A stretch of 63,967 nucleotides of DNA, filler included, from Octopus bimaculoides (Eukaryota): assembly GCF_001194135.2 (NCBI RefSeq). It is 6 parts of 5 records of this genome, joined end to end, with 100 filler letters (N's around TTAATTAATTAA, not from the genome) between each part and the next. Parts side by side here need not be neighbours in the genome. Positions count along the whole stretch, not along the records: positions 1 to 29,742 come from NC_068992.1; 5 more parts are not named here. One strand, written 5' to 3'. Of this stretch, positions 13,739-28,828 are shown one piece after another. The position numbers and the translations under genes are program-made. Below the pieces are notes generated by a model. It was given only the letters and a program-made list of their open reading frames with translations, was not told the DNA's origin and searched no databases. How positions within the stretch are numbered: the first letter of the stretch is position 1; each line of letters opens with the position of its first letter.

Positions 13739-15030
13739 GTGTGTGTGTGTGTGTCTGTGTGTGTGTGTGTGTATTCTCATCCAAATAGGAAACAAGTACC
13801 AACACTTCCATATGGCAATCTTAAACAATTGTGAAGATCTCTTCACGTGAAACCATTGGTTATCTTGTGAACCCACAAATAAAGTACGTGCGCGCGCATA
13901 TATATTATTGGCATACATAAATATATACAAATATAAATAATATGGAGGTAAACTGTTACAGTAAACTGAAGGATCACACTATACATTTTAGTACAATATA
14001 TATTTATTGACTTTTAGAATGAAAAAGTTGACAGTGAATTCGAAGTGTCAGTTTCCTCGTGATCTTTAGAGCGTGATGGCGGAAAGCAAACCAAAACTTC
14101 GAAGTCGACCTTTCTTCTTTGTCAAATTTAATTGTATGTAGCCGTATATGTATAAACATATATGTGTCTCCTATGAAAAGATCTGGCTTCTGTTTCTAGT
14201 AAATCAAGTGACCACCTATATGGTATCTAGTTATCTCATGCAAATACGAAGAGACTTACAGACAAACGGTTGTAGGTAGAGAAAGAGAAAGAAGGCGAAG
14301 GAGAGAGGTGTATGAAGCGGTAGAATGTAGAGACATTGTTTGCAAACCAAACAACAATTGTAATTACGATATCTTCATAAGCTTGTAACACAGAGGAAAG
14401 GTATTAAAATATGTTACGTCACGTGGCTTTTATCTACCAGTGTTTTTTTTTTTTGTTATCTTAAAAATCTAATGTTTACATAATTAAACCATTAATTGAT
14501 AATTAAAGCTAGTACGATCAAAGAACACATTTAGAAACAAATATTTCTGAAATGTGCATGACCAGAAACGTAATTACCGTGTATATATATGTNNNNNNNN
14601 NNNNNNNNNNNNNNNNNNNNNNNNNNNNNNNNNNNNNNNNNNNNNNNNNNNNNNNNNNNNNNNNNNNNNNNNNNNNNNNNNNNNNNNNNNNNNNNNNNNN
14701 NNNNNNNNNNNNNNNNNNNNNNNNNNNNNNNNNNNNNNNNNNNNNNNNNNNNNNNNNNNNNNNNNNNNNNNNNNNNNNNNNNNNNNNNNNNNNNNNNNNN
14801 NNNNNNNNNNNNNNNNNNNNNNNNNNNNNNNNNNNNNNNNNNNNNNNNNNNNNNNNNNNNNNNNNNNNNNNNNNNNNNNNNNNNNNNNNNNNNNNNNNNN
14901 NNNNNNNNNNNNNNNNNNNNNNNNNNNNNNNNNNNNNNNNNNNNNNNNNNNNNNNNNNNNNNNNNNNNNNNNNNNNNNNNNNNNNNNNNNNNNNNNNNNN
15001 NNNNNNNNNNNNNNNNNNNNNNNNNNNNNN

Positions 15031-15084
<54 letters not shown>

Positions 15085-15735
15085 TATATGTGTGTATGTA
15101 TATAGAGAGAGGCAGAGGAGGAGTGAGCGAGAGAGAGAAAGTTGGGAGGTGAAAGAGGGAGAAAGAAGAAAAAGTAACATTGATTATTTTTGATTTGAAA
15201 TTTTTATTCCACTTAAAAAAAATAAAGAGGGTTTCTACATTAAATTTCCAACTAAATTTTATCATGGTGCATATTTATTCTGTCGTTTGTTAATTTATGT
15301 AAACGAGTGCATTTATTTTAGGAGAAATGAATTTATTAAGTTACCAGCTGGGGCAGGAACAAACAAGAATCAATTAATTATATGGAAGGGTGTTTCTTAA
15401 TGCTAGATGTTTGAAAAATGGAGCATTTCTATCATAAAATAACAGTAGAATACGGAAGTGACCATGTTATTTGATAGGATTGAGGTTCGGTCTAAAACCA
15501 TGGCCAGGAAGGAATCAGTTGACGCTTCCACACTCACCAGTTCACTGTAAATCTTATCTTAAGTTGTTTCGTCCTGACCAACAAATCACTTTGACCCTTT
15601 CTGACAAATCCGTCACCTTCTTAAGTATCTCCACCCTAACTCCATCTTTCCACCTTCGTCCACTGCAACTGACGAGGTTAAAGCGGCTGTGAAGAAGTGT
15701 ATACCACAATGTGTGTGTGTGTGTGTGTGTCATCA

Positions 15736-15924
15736 CCGCTTAATAATCGGTGTTGGTGTGTTTACCTCTCCCGTAACTTAGCGGTTCAGCATAAGAGAGC
15801 AATAGACTAAAGACCAAGATTAAATAAATAAGTACTGGGGTCGATTCGATCAACTAAAAATTCTTCAAGGCGGTGCCCCAGCCTGGCCACAGTGTAATGT
15901 CTGAAACAAGTGCAAGAGAAAAAG
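15736..15924 (+). mobile_element. 3' half (B part) of the composite octopus SINE
   Basis: Follows a (GT)n run; ggtgtgttta..cccgtaacttagcggtt...ggggtcgatt...aatgtctgaaacaag is homologous to 41590, 37625 and 48318. Confidence 0.7.
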
Positions 15925-16286
15925 CAAGAGTTGAATTCTACGATGGCGTAAATTCTACGCTTGAGAGGGAAACGATGTTATGAAACGTGTTTGGAGAGAA
16001 CCAGCGAAAACGTTGTCCAACCGAGATTTATAACTTGAACGACCTTCGTCAGTGAATAAAAAAATTAGACTTACTTTCGGATTACTTTCCATAACAAAAT
16101 AACCTTCGTACATTTATGCATACGAACATATGTATTTATAAATAATATACACACACAGACAGATATATATTTGTATACACGCAAAAAGTACTTATGAATA
16201 TACGTTTATATGTGTATCTTTCAATGAATGTATGCCCATCTTTGTGTGTCTGTCTGTCTCTTCTGTCTGTCTGTCTGTACGCATGT

Positions 16287-16378
<92 letters not shown>

Positions 16379-16947
16379 TCTCTTCTTTCAGTTACTCTAC
16401 AAAGACATCAACATGCGATGTTCTCATATATCAAAGAATACCATTAAACATAATGCTGTTTTTTTTTTTTCCATATACACATTTCACAATATTAAAAGAA
16501 TATATGAGAATTTCTTGTTTCTGATCGCTCTAGCGATGTCAGTCAGCCAGCGATCGGTATTGATGCCAGTACATATCTCTCTACCGTTCCTTTTGATATT
16601 GGTATCGCTTCTGCTTTTTGTTTTCTGCCTATTCTTAACCAATACATATTTAGACATCACTAGAGTACATTCAGATATTCTTTGAATATTTCCACACACA
16701 TATAACTATGAATATATAGTCATCTCTATATACGCACCCACAAATATGTATGCATTTAATATATAAAGTATATAGTACAGAAGTATATATATGTGTCATT
16801 ATAACACGTGTGTGTACATATATATATGTATGTGTATATGTATCTGTGTATACATATATATACATATATATATGTATGTATATGTATATATATATACATA
16901 TATATATATATACATATATATATACGTATATATACATATATATATAC

Positions 16948-16978
<31 letters not shown>

Positions 16979-17635
16979 CATATATATATATACGTATATA
17001 TACATATATATATACATATATATACATATATATATGTACATGTCTATGTGTATATATAGACATATACATCTCTATATATACATAGATAAGTATATTTACA
17101 TAAATATGTATATATATGTATGTATTAAATATATGTGTTTTTATGTATATATATATATATATATNNNNNNNNNNNNNNNNNNNNNNNNNNNNNNNNNNNN
17201 NNNNNNNNNNNNNNNNNNNNNNNNNNNNNNNNNNNNNNNNNNNNNNNNNNNNNNNNNNNNNNNNNNNNNNNNNNNNNNNNNNNNNNNNNNNNNNNNNNNN
17301 NNNNNNNNNNNNNNNNNNNNNNNNNNNNNNNNNNNNNNNNNNNNNNNNNNNNNNNNNNNNNNNNNNNNNNNNNNNNNNNNNNNNNNNNNNNNNNNNNNNN
17401 NNNNNNNNNNNNNNNNNNNNNNNNNNNNNNNNNNNNNNNNNNNNNNNNNNNNNNNNNNNNNNNNNNNNNNNNNNNNNNNNNNNNNNNNNNNNNNNNNNNN
17501 NNNNNNNNNNNNNNNNNNNNNNNNNNNNNNNNNNNNNNNNNNNNNNNNNNNNNNNNNNNNNNNNNNNNNNNNNNNNNNNNNNNNNNNNNNNNNNNNNNNN
17601 NNNNNNNNNNNNNNNNNNNNNNNNNNNNNNNNNNT

Positions 17636-17875
17636 ACGAGCACCAACATTTTGATCTCTTTGAAAATCCGATAGATGTGTCATTTTAATGAATTTTAATT
17701 ACCTTTTTCTGATGATATTTGAACACAAACTGCAATTTTAGCAAGACATATCAAGCAAAACTAATAATAAATCAAAAAACATAAAAAAAGACAAGCTTTT
17801 GGTGGTTTTATAGATATCTCAAAATTATGATGTTATGACGCTAGGTGTTTCCATTATTTTGTCCAACCCCCCTGT
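17636..17875. mobile_element. Tc1/mariner right end
   Basis: Terminus tgtttccattattttgtccaacccc(c)tg-TA is the reverse complement of a Tc1-type TIR plus TA target site. The left part is lost in a gap. Confidence 0.55.
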
Positions 17876-17890
17876 ACATATATAAACAAT

Positions 17891-17955
17891 CTTCTTTCAG
17901 TTTCCATCTACCAAATCATCTCACCAGGTTTTGATCGGCCTGGGGCTAGAGTAGA
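17891..17955 (-). mobile_element. Composite SINE A-part fragment
   Basis: cttctttcagtttccatctaccaaatc..ttgatcggcc..gctagagtaga; homologous to 30003 and 62950. Confidence 0.6.
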
Positions 17956-19096
17956 TCGAAGCGTCTGTATTTTTATTCTATCTTCTTACAACCATTGTCT
18001 AGTTTTGGTCTTTAAAAAAGAAGCGACAGCAAATAATCTCCTGATTATGTTAGAAATTGCAAGAAATCCGTCTAATATTGCGTTTCTTCTGAAATCTAAA
18101 CAAGAAATATATGGTGGACACAGAAAACGTGTGTAAACAGCAGCAGACAGCCGTAAATATAATTGTATATGGACATCGTTAATGCCCAAACTAAACTGTT
18201 TACTCAACTAAACTGACAAAACAAAACTAACTTGTCGACATGTTGCTTTCTATGGGAGATAATCCAATCATATTATGGCTCAGCAACTTTCCGAATCACG
18301 TGATAACTAACCTGATCAACTCACAGGATAATCGAACCGATCAGTTTATCAGTTTGTCAATCAATTTGGCATTTGTTTGTTTGTTGTTGTTGATTTTTTT
18401 CTTCTTTCTCTTCTTGTTAATGATGTTCTTATCGTTATTATTATTATTCATTTCTGTGTCGCCGTTTGTCATCGGCGCCGTTGTTGCTGCTATTGTTTTC
18501 CTTCTTTTGTTGTTTGTTGTAGTTGTTGCCGTCGTCACCGTCGTCGTTGGTAACAAACGATCGATTCTCAATAAATTACATTATTCACACAGACATTCTT
18601 TACATGTCCGTCACGCTTAACAACAACAACAAAAATTATTTTGTATCGGCTAACGATTAGCAGCTTATGAAATATGGGGACTAAATTGTGATGGTGATGA
18701 GGAGGAGGATGAGGATGATGATGATAACGACGATGATTAATTATTTAAAGTCGCCAAAAACAGATGAAATTGTCCCAGAGCTAGGCAGAAACTTAGTGAA
18801 AAAAGAAAACTCATAATAAATTCCCACCCAGCTCGAAAGACAAAAAACGACCTACCCTGACAACTTCCTTTTTGTTCTTTTTTCTTTCAATTAACTGAGC
18901 CAAAAGCTCGAGTCCTTGCTTTCTGGAAGCAACAGACCAACTAGCGATGCACAAGCCGAAGTAAACAAGCTACTTACCACACAGCCACTCCTATATGTAT
19001 GTATGTATATATATATATATATNNNNNNNNNNNNNNNNNNNNNNNNNNNNNNNNNNNNNNNNNNNNNNNNNNNNNTATATATACATACATGTATAC

Positions 19097-19137
<41 letters not shown>

Positions 19138-21156
19138 TATATGCATGTGGGAATTTATAGGTGAGTGTGTGTGCGTGTGCATGTGTGTGTGTACATATGT
19201 CTTCTTTTGCGTCGCGTACCATATCTACATTCACAAATGCATTCACACACACTCAAACAGACACAGACACACAGACACACGTGCGCGGACAAATGGCTAA
19301 GACAGAAGCTTGCACACAACGCCTACAAATCCAATTTACTAAGATTATTTGTATAATTATTTTATTCTTTTTTTATTTTTCAGGGGAATTTATTCTTGTA
19401 CAAGAAGTTTACCATTCTTTGAATAAACGTAAGTAGAAATTTAGAACATTTATGAATATTTTGTAGGAAAAAAAAACGTGAAACCTCGTCCGTATTTGAT
19501 ATAAACTCCTATATAGTTTCTTATACACCCACCATATCGTTATGCGCCCTTATATTGTAATACAGCCTCATTTTGTTATACACCCTCATACCACAATTTT
19601 GACTGAACCCTTGGCCTCATTTCTGAGTGAACCGCCTGCCCCAGCGCCACACACTTATTTTACAAAAACATGGAAATAAATCGTGGGTAATATCCTGCGT
19701 TAAGAAATGAAGGAAGTGAATACAAAACAGCATAATGGAGTTTGTATTTGACAAAAAAAAGCATAATTTTCTATAGAAAAGAAAAACAACCCCACTGATA
19801 GTGCACGGACTATTTTTATCACTTTCCAGGGGACCCTGGAGCCGATTACGATACAGAATACCTATCACAACACCTCAGGAAATAGATACTTATAACTTTG
19901 TTTTTCACGTATTTCATTTCTATAGTTTATATCTAAAGATAATTCGTCACTCACTTAGCGCTAACAGCCTTGGTTATTCTTATAATGTACAACATAGTGA
20001 GATGTACCAAATCGTACGATGTCTGCAACCGTAAATTAAATTATGAATTCAGGACTAAAAATGATGGTGTATTGGGTACTATAAAAAGAGTATCTGACAT
20101 TATATAAGGGCATCAAACACTACGTGTATACTTTATAAATATGAATTTAGGACAGTACTGAAGGAGGTCAAGAAACGTTCGTGGTCCGTCGGCTTCTTGT
20201 TAACTCTTACTTGTCATTAGAGATGATTGAAATATTAAATGCAATGTTAGAACTGTTTTATTTCACTTCAAGTTTTGAAATGTCCGTCGTAAAGTTATGA
20301 AAGAGAGAAACTCACGTTCCTACCTCCTTTACAAACGTTCACTGTTCGCCATTCTCTGCAAAAGCATTGTTACGGAGATGAAAAGTATAATTAGGATACT
20401 GATATCCTAGACACTATATATCAACTGTGAAATTATGCCACTGTTACAGTGATGGGCGGAAATTGCTTAATAGACAACATAAGCCAAGTGGAAAACGAAC
20501 GCAAGTACACACGCATACACACACATATTGACATAGATATACACATACACATACATGGCTACATATAACCACGTTCACATCGCCCTGCGGCTGTGCTCTT
20601 ATTCAGATTTCATATCATCAATCGTTTTAAAGTCAGTCAAACACAAAATTCCTCTTTTATTCAAAGTCAGAATTTCAAAGAAGTTTTACAAAAAAAGAAA
20701 AAAGATTTAAAAAATATAAACAATTACGAAATAAATGTGAAAAGAAAAGAAAAAGAAACAGAAGAAGAAAAAAATAATTTCTTTCATCGATTAAAAAAAT
20801 CAGTGATTTTAAATGAATATCGATCTAGCAAATAATGTTGCGACATTTTACAATGTTTTGTGGCAAGAATTTTATTGTAAAAAGATTGTAGGTTTGGCAG
20901 AGTTAAGAGATGACTAAAATATTGTTTTTGTGGCAATTTTTAAGGCGAAAAGAAAAAACTGAGATTCTTGGAGCCGTTCAAGATTATGTACACGTGTGTG
21001 CGTGTGTGTGTGTGTGTGTGTCTGTCTGTCTGTCTGTGTTGTGTTTTGCTGTAATGTAAAATTATTGAGATGCACTTGCATAGCAAGTGACCTGATCTGT
21101 GATCATGTGCTGGAACGAAAACAGTTGCAGTGTGGAAGGTCTTTATAAGCTATTTA

Positions 21157-21343
21157 AAACACACAAAATCCGTTAGATTCACTTCAATATTAAATTTAAT
21201 TTGCCAAAATATTTTCGCTGCTTTGGGACCACAAAATTCCGTGCTGCATTTGTCAGTGAACAGGTCGCGGTCTCAAAGCGATGAAAATATTTTGGCAAAT
21301 TAAATTTAAATGTTGAAGTGAATCTAACGGATTTTGTGTGTTT
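21157..21343. repeat. Fold-back inverted repeat, arms of about 75 bp
   Basis: 21157-21230 (aaacacacaaaatccgttagattcacttcaa...) is the near-perfect reverse complement of 21269-21343, with a 38-nt spacer. Confidence 0.9.
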
Positions 21344-23256
21344 AAGACTTAATCAGAGTAACAAAGGACGTGACTCTGATATTTTGAGAGTCTCGACGAT
21401 TTGTGGGTGGAAAGGATAAAATAAATTCTCCGACCAGCCACATGGCTCAAATGATTTCAACAGACTGGGGCACTGCGAAAGGGATCTAACGACCAGCTCC
21501 TAGTGTGAAACGGTGTGACGTATAAAATTTACACTCATCAGAATTATAAAGTTTCTTCGGCAGGTTCCTTACAGTTTCCGTCAACAAAATTCCACTCCCG
21601 TAGCTTTTGTCAGTCTGAGACCACAACATACGTGCCAACATACGTGTGCTGGAGGATCGATCCTGAAGTTGCATAGTTGCATGAGAAACTTCTGAAGCAC
21701 ACATACATGCCTGCACCTAAAATTAAATAGAGTTCAGCTGAGTATCGAATCTGTTTCAAGACTGAGTTAGACGAATGTAAAATAATTGTTAGTATTAAGA
21801 ATTCTTAACTTTGGTACGCGAAGACAAATCTGTTTTCTCCTGAATCGACCCAGCAGTCGATTTCCTTGTTTGTAAAGTAAATGTATTATTTTCCACTTCA
21901 AAAATTTATCATTACACAATTGTGAAACTTTGAAAAAGAAATGAGAAAAAAATTCCGTATCACGAATAAAGATGACTTACTGAAATTTATAATTTACTAT
22001 TTTGTTTATGTATGCGGTATTTCTGGTTGAGATATTTCACTGAAATGTTACGCAAATTTAGTGAACAAATTTACTGTCAAACAAATTTCCCTCTGACATT
22101 CATCGCCAGTTACAAACAAAACTAACATACGCAAACATATTTTCAAATGTGATAGCTTTTATGTGGTTGCATGAGATGCTAAAAGTAACAACTAAGTTTC
22201 TTTCAAATTGACCTAAAAAGCACATCACAGTGGGGAAAATAGAATCTTAATCGGGAATGTTGTTGATGGAAAAGTCATTTAAGTAAATGTAAATATTTAA
22301 CAACGTAAATAATTAGTCTGAAGTATAATGAAACAAAATATATTTAAAATAAAGATTTTTAATTAAACAACATTAAAAGATTATTTATTAAGCCTTCACT
22401 AAGACAGCATAAATTTGTATATTTTATCCAATTAAAAAGCTTCTAAACATGTTTTTTTTACGATTAAATTAGAAATAAACTTAATAAGTTTCTAATTCTT
22501 TCAAATGCTGTTTGGATTTTAGCTAAATACATCTTATATTCAAGATAACCTTTTAAATAAAGAATTTAAATTTAAAACTTTATCATTTTCCGTTATCCAA
22601 GCCACGAGAATCTACTTTATGTTAGTAACATATTAAGTGTAAAATATAACAAAATATAATAAACGAAAACAGCTACAAACAATCAAAGAATTACGTGTAA
22701 AAATGTGGGAGTCTAATCAACACCCTGCTTATTCCTACTTTGTATTATCCACCCGATATAACAAACCGTCCATATTTTCAAATGGAAATCAGTTCTAACT
22801 CATGATGTTCCGCCATCGCGGCGCCACTAAATATTTCTGCATTAAAACCAATGTCTTCATTCCCCCAGCATCGTACGCTAACTAAACTAATTCTCCTCTC
22901 TCTCCTCAAAAGCAGCAAAGCTACCCACTACAACCCCTCCCTGCCCACCGGAGTCACGCCTCATTGCTTTCGTGCCCCTCTTGATTTCACAATCCATCAA
23001 TAATCAAATGCAATTTGGAGGGGGAAATAAAAAAAGCAAAACGATTTACATTTGTTTCTGTCGGTTAATTTGTAGTTAATTTATAGTTTCCTCATTAATG
23101 AAATTAAAGGTTGATGGAGTGAATGGATTAAAATTACATGTTCACACGAACACACATACATATGTGCGTGTCTATATNNNNNNNNNNNNNNNNNNNNNNN
23201 NNNNNNNNNNNNNNNNNNNNNNNNNNNNNNNNNNNNNNNNNNNNNNNNNNNNNNNN

Positions 23257-23287
<31 letters not shown>

Positions 23288-24623
23288 CTTTGCGTAGGGA
23301 GTATACTCATATTCGTGTGTATAGGTTTTATGTGTGTGTATTCATATGTCCGAAATTATATGCTTATGCATTCATGTGCGCGTGAATTAATGAGTGTAGA
23401 TATTCATAAATGTAAATCTATGTGTTCAGAAATGTGTGCAATGATCCATTCATAGACATTCGTGTCTATATACTCAAGTATGTACATATTTCTATGTATG
23501 TGTTTTCCTATGTGTACGGATTCAAATGTGTGTATGCATGTATTTGTGTATGTATGTGTGTATATTCAGTCACACACGAACATACATGCACATACACATG
23601 GCAAGATTTAGCCGCACATCTTTACAATCACACACAGAAATGTTCAGCACACTCCACAATTTCTATTTCACTACCATTCAGAAAAATCTTTCAATAATAA
23701 ACTATTCAAGAGATTTCCAGGATGTAGATGTAGATATTGTGATGTTCATTCCACTTCCTGTAGGTAAAATCGTATGATTTAAACCGATTGGGTAAAGCAA
23801 AAATTAACCATATTGCTGTGTTGAATCATTACACAACAGGTAGCGCATGGCGTCCTACAAAGTTCTATTTTCTCTTCAGCGCTATTCTACGCTTTATAAA
23901 TAGTTATCACACGTAATTATTACTATACACCCTTACTACAGTCTTATGTTGGAAGTGATTTTTGAATATTAATGCTGATATATTATTGCTATATAAATAC
24001 AGTTACTGAATAACTGCGGAAGTCTGAAAGTAATTCATTGTTCGGATGGCTACATCCAATTAGACTATCATTGAATGCAAACAAATACTAACGTATTATA
24101 TTCCAATACGCCACAGAAACCAGTTCCTAAAATATGATACGCATTTCAAATAATACATACATACATATATACATGTGTGTGTGTATGTGTGTGTGTGTGT
24201 GTATAATCGGATGTTATGAAATAAAAAAAGTCACCTAAGCATTTAATTAAACAGGTATAAAGCGATTATTTTTACTTCGTGTTGAAAACTCTCTGCCTAT
24301 CTATGTTTGTCTTGTATTTATATTAAATTGGTAACAGTGGAATATAAACAGACTAACTGAAAATTAATTGGAACATTTTGGTAAAATATAAAGTAGTTTG
24401 CTGAGAGTAAAAACTCTGAGAGTATAACATATGATGACCACGCATGCGTTAAATGAACTCAACATTACATTTCAATATAAGCATCACGGTTTAACTTGTG
24501 AAGTTATCCGAGTCCAGAAAAACACTTTTTATTGGGTCCATGGTTTGCCGTAAAACAAGATTTATACAGAATTGCGAGTGAGTGGTAAACAAATAGACCA
24601 AGAGAGGCCAAAGGGACGACGCT

Positions 24624-24675
<52 letters not shown>

Positions 24676-25004
24676 AACTATCGATCGATCTATCTACCTC
24701 TCTGTCTCTACTTCTCTCTCTCTCTTTCTCTCCTGTTTCTCTCCCTCCCCTCTTTCTCTCTCTCTCTCTCTCTCATTCTGTCTTTGTATACACTCACACA
24801 CATAATTCTTAAGTTGTCTCCACAGATTAGGGACTTGAAGTAAACCTCGAGAGGAGAATCCACTTTGTACAAGTCACCAACGAATATTTTCCCCCCAAAT
24901 AGCCATAGCAGTGATTGGCTATGCTAACCATAATGAAGAACCGGAAGCATGTTGTTTCCCAACCACATAGTTCCGGGATCGATCCCACTGCGTAGAACAC
25001 CGAT

Positions 25005-25045
<41 letters not shown>

Positions 25046-25730
25046 ATTTTATTTATTTATTTTTTTTATATAGTTTCAGCTTAGAGCTGCGGCCATGCTG
25101 ATATATATTATATATATATATATATTTATATATTGTTGACGTTATAAGAATTTTATAAATATCCGAGAGAACGTGAAATAATTGCTTCTGTTTTTTATTT
25201 TTTTTTTTTATTTGAACTCTCGATTCACACAACAAAGTTATAAATAATAACAAATAAATATTAGTTTAAAAAACCCTGTTGAATAGAAAAAAAATCTCTA
25301 CTTTTGTCATTCCTGCTATCGTCTCCTTACAGGCTGGGAAACCTTTAAAGCGCACACTGGCGTATCCTTTTTTTCTCTAGAGAAAACCATTAAAGACACA
25401 TAAATCAATTTGTATCACTTACGCTTCTAATAGTGTTGAGAAAACTACGAACGACACTCAATCACATTCTCTCTGTCCCGTAAATGGTAGAGCTTGCGCT
25501 AATGTAAAAAGAGAGATTATCTTTTATAATTTTCCACAAAGTCCCAACATCATGAATTATGAGAGAAGGGCAACGTGGAATGGCGATAGTATAGCAGTGT
25601 TTAACTAATTGAGTGAATCTGGTTTTCATCGAGGTTTGGAACTGTGAAATGGAGGCACCTCTTCGTTTGATTCTTTGATTTGTTTCTGAACGATGATTGC
25701 ATGAAACAAAAATCGATATTATTGATTGTT

Positions 25731-25945
25731 TGAGGGCTGTGATCTGGCAGAATCGTTAGCACACCGAGCCAAATGCTTGGCGGCATATCGCCCGTCTTTA
25801 ATTTCTGAGTTCAAATTCCGTTGTGGTCCACTTTGCCTTTCATCCTTTCGGGGTCATTAAAATAAGTACCAGTTAAGCACTGGGGTCGGTGTAATTGACT
25901 TACCCCCTCCCTTGAAATTGCTGGCCTTGTGCCAAAATTTGAAAC
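25731..25945 (+). mobile_element. SINE family D, near full length
   Basis: ctggcagaatcgttagc...ctgagttcaaattcc...aaataagtaccagtt...gccttgtgccaaaatttgaaac. Confidence 0.75.
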
Positions 25946-26474
25946 CTGTATTATTAATTATATGAGATCCTTAATGACCATCGATACACGAAATAATTTA
26001 TTCTAATTTACTTCCTTATATTCCGGGTTCAAACTTCGTTAGTGACAGCTCTGAGCTTTATAACATTTCGATGGAGGTACTATTCCTCAAATCAATTCTT
26101 TTGACATTTTCCCGGTAAATTTTATCTTTCTATCAAGAGGAATCAATATTTTTGTTGTTGCCTGATCAAATTAGATTAGAGATTCTTAATTAGTTGCAGA
26201 CCTTTTGGCACCTTTACTTTGATTGGTATCTCACCTGATAGGAATTTTGTAGAAAACCAAAATAGCAACAAAAAGGGGAGAGAAAATAAGAGAATAAAAA
26301 GTAGGACGTTTTGATGATAAGAATTCGTGACCAGAAGAACAGAATGTCATCTTATTCTTGTTCAACATTCCGCTTGTGTGTTTCATTAACAAGTTGAGAT
26401 GATAATCAATAGACTATACGTGTTCAATATATTTATTAAGTGTCTGTGAGGGTAGGCATGTGTGTATATATATT

Positions 26475-26533
<59 letters not shown>

Positions 26534-27139
26534 GCGTGCGCTTAGCTATGCGCAACTTGTTATATATCTATTTATAATTGAATTTGACTGATTATCAAAG
26601 TGTGTGTAACTGATTGAAAATGTAGTGCATATGTATGAGTGTATATGTATGTGTGTATATGTATGTATGTGTGTACGTAATATAGGCCACGTAATGCACC
26701 AGCGTGTGTGGTTTTGCAGAAATGTGTATGTTAACGCTTGTTTCGAATATAGAGAAATTACTTCGTTACTAAAAACAAATATATGCATTCATATACTCAC
26801 AAGCAGGTGTGTGTGGTGGAAGAGGCACGAGGAGGGGTAATGATCCGGGGAACTATTCAATACGAATATAAGATGAAAGTAGTTTATTTAAACCGATCAA
26901 ATGATCTGCTATTCTGCATTTTCCACGGTGTGCAAGCGCTTCTTCAAACAAAGCAGACTGGGTCCATTTTGATTTTCTTTGCATCTATCGAATTAACTAA
27001 ATATATGTCTGCAATAATGTGTGTGTGTGTGTGTGTGTGTGCGTGTGTGTGTGTGCGTGTGTGTGTGTGCATAAATAAACATACATACACACACACACAC
27101 ACACATGCACATATACACATATATATATATATATACATG

Positions 27140-27204
<65 letters not shown>

Positions 27205-27520
27205 ATATATATATATATATATATATTCATATATATCTATATATGTATATATATAATATAATAAGTCACAATTATTCGGTTGCCATAATAAAACTCCGAG
27301 TTTCGGATGTTGGGGCGGAAACCTGCACTGGCATCTCTTCAGTTATCGAATTTCGATTGCCTCGATAACTGACGTTATAACTATGTGTTTAAATGTACAC
27401 TGTATTTGTATAAGATTATATATATTTATATAAGGTCATTACAATACAAGAATGCCTCACGTTAAACTACCATAATAAACACGTTTTTACCGAACGCGAG
27501 GAAATGCAACTCTCAAAATT

Positions 27521-27587
<67 letters not shown>

Positions 27588-28466
27588 GCGTGTGTGTGTG
27601 TGATATACATAATATAGATGTACACGTATATATGTTTGTGTTTATGTATATATTTGTGCGTATAGATGTATGTGTATATATGAGTGTCCGTATATGTATG
27701 TGAGCAGGTAAGGGTGTAAGCCACGTGATTCTACGTGCATGCGTATATACGATGCGACCATTGTAGTCTAGTTAATATTCCCATCACGAAACTATAATGT
27801 AATATCTCTAGATCAGACTGTATTATTAAATTGATGACGATATACGTGGGCGGTGAGGGACGACAGTACGTCCCTGCATAATTATTGTTCCACATTAAAT
27901 CTATCAATTTCTGCCACTTTGCATCTGTGTGAGTTTGTGTGTGAAGTGAGTGTACATTTGTCTCCCTACGTTGACGTCATACGTCCAAAACTATGCACAA
28001 GCATACACACTGATGAATGACATATATACAATTTCTTAGACTATATACACACGTATTTACACATAACGTATAGAATTTCACACTCGTCTGTTTACATTTA
28101 TTACTTATACTGCATCGATCATATATAATTTAGTATATACATACATTTACAAATACCCACATGCCGTGTATATGTGTGCGTATATAAACGCGTGTGTGTG
28201 TAGGTGTGGGTGTATCTTTGTGAGTGTGTGTATGTGTGTCTGTAGGTGCGTATTTGTTTGTGTTGCTTTTTAAAGTTTTTAGTTTTCTTCCAATTTGTTT
28301 CAGCCATTAAAGTAAAGATCATGCTGGAGCACTTAGATGTTGAATTTTCTCTGACTTTTTCTTTTGTTTTCTTTTTTGTCGATATTCAATATGTCGAAAC
28401 TGCCAATGCGTTCCGTAGTGTACGTGGCACTTTTGTTCAGCAGACCAACCAGAGAGAGAGAGAGAT

Positions 28467-28560
<94 letters not shown>

Positions 28561-28570
28561 GTGTGGAGTG

Positions 28571-28609
<39 letters not shown>

Positions 28610-28788
28610 TGGACGTGTCAAATGAAATTTTAGGTCATGTTTCACAAACGGTTTTGGAAACTGCCCTACAATGCCAGACTCTGTGAGATTTGAGGGGTTG
28701 AGATTTTGGTTAATGAAATTTTGCAGCTTGAAAAATAAGAGTAAAACTCAGGCAAATTCTGCTTCTTTCTTCATGTTCTTGGTATTTA

Positions 28789-28828
<40 letters not shown>

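Noticed and set aside
21500-21560. Hammerhead at minus-strand CTGATGA-GTGT...ACAC
   Set aside because: The stem is followed by CGTTT rather than GAAA. Similar lone CTGATGA hits at about 45190, 59350 and 60780, and CTGACGA at about 16045, also lack the second core half.
28625-28682. Exon-like segment GHVSQTVLETALQCQTL as the upstream methyltransferase exon
   Set aside because: It is phase-compatible, but lacks FkbM motifs, has a weak donor and lies across an unsized join.
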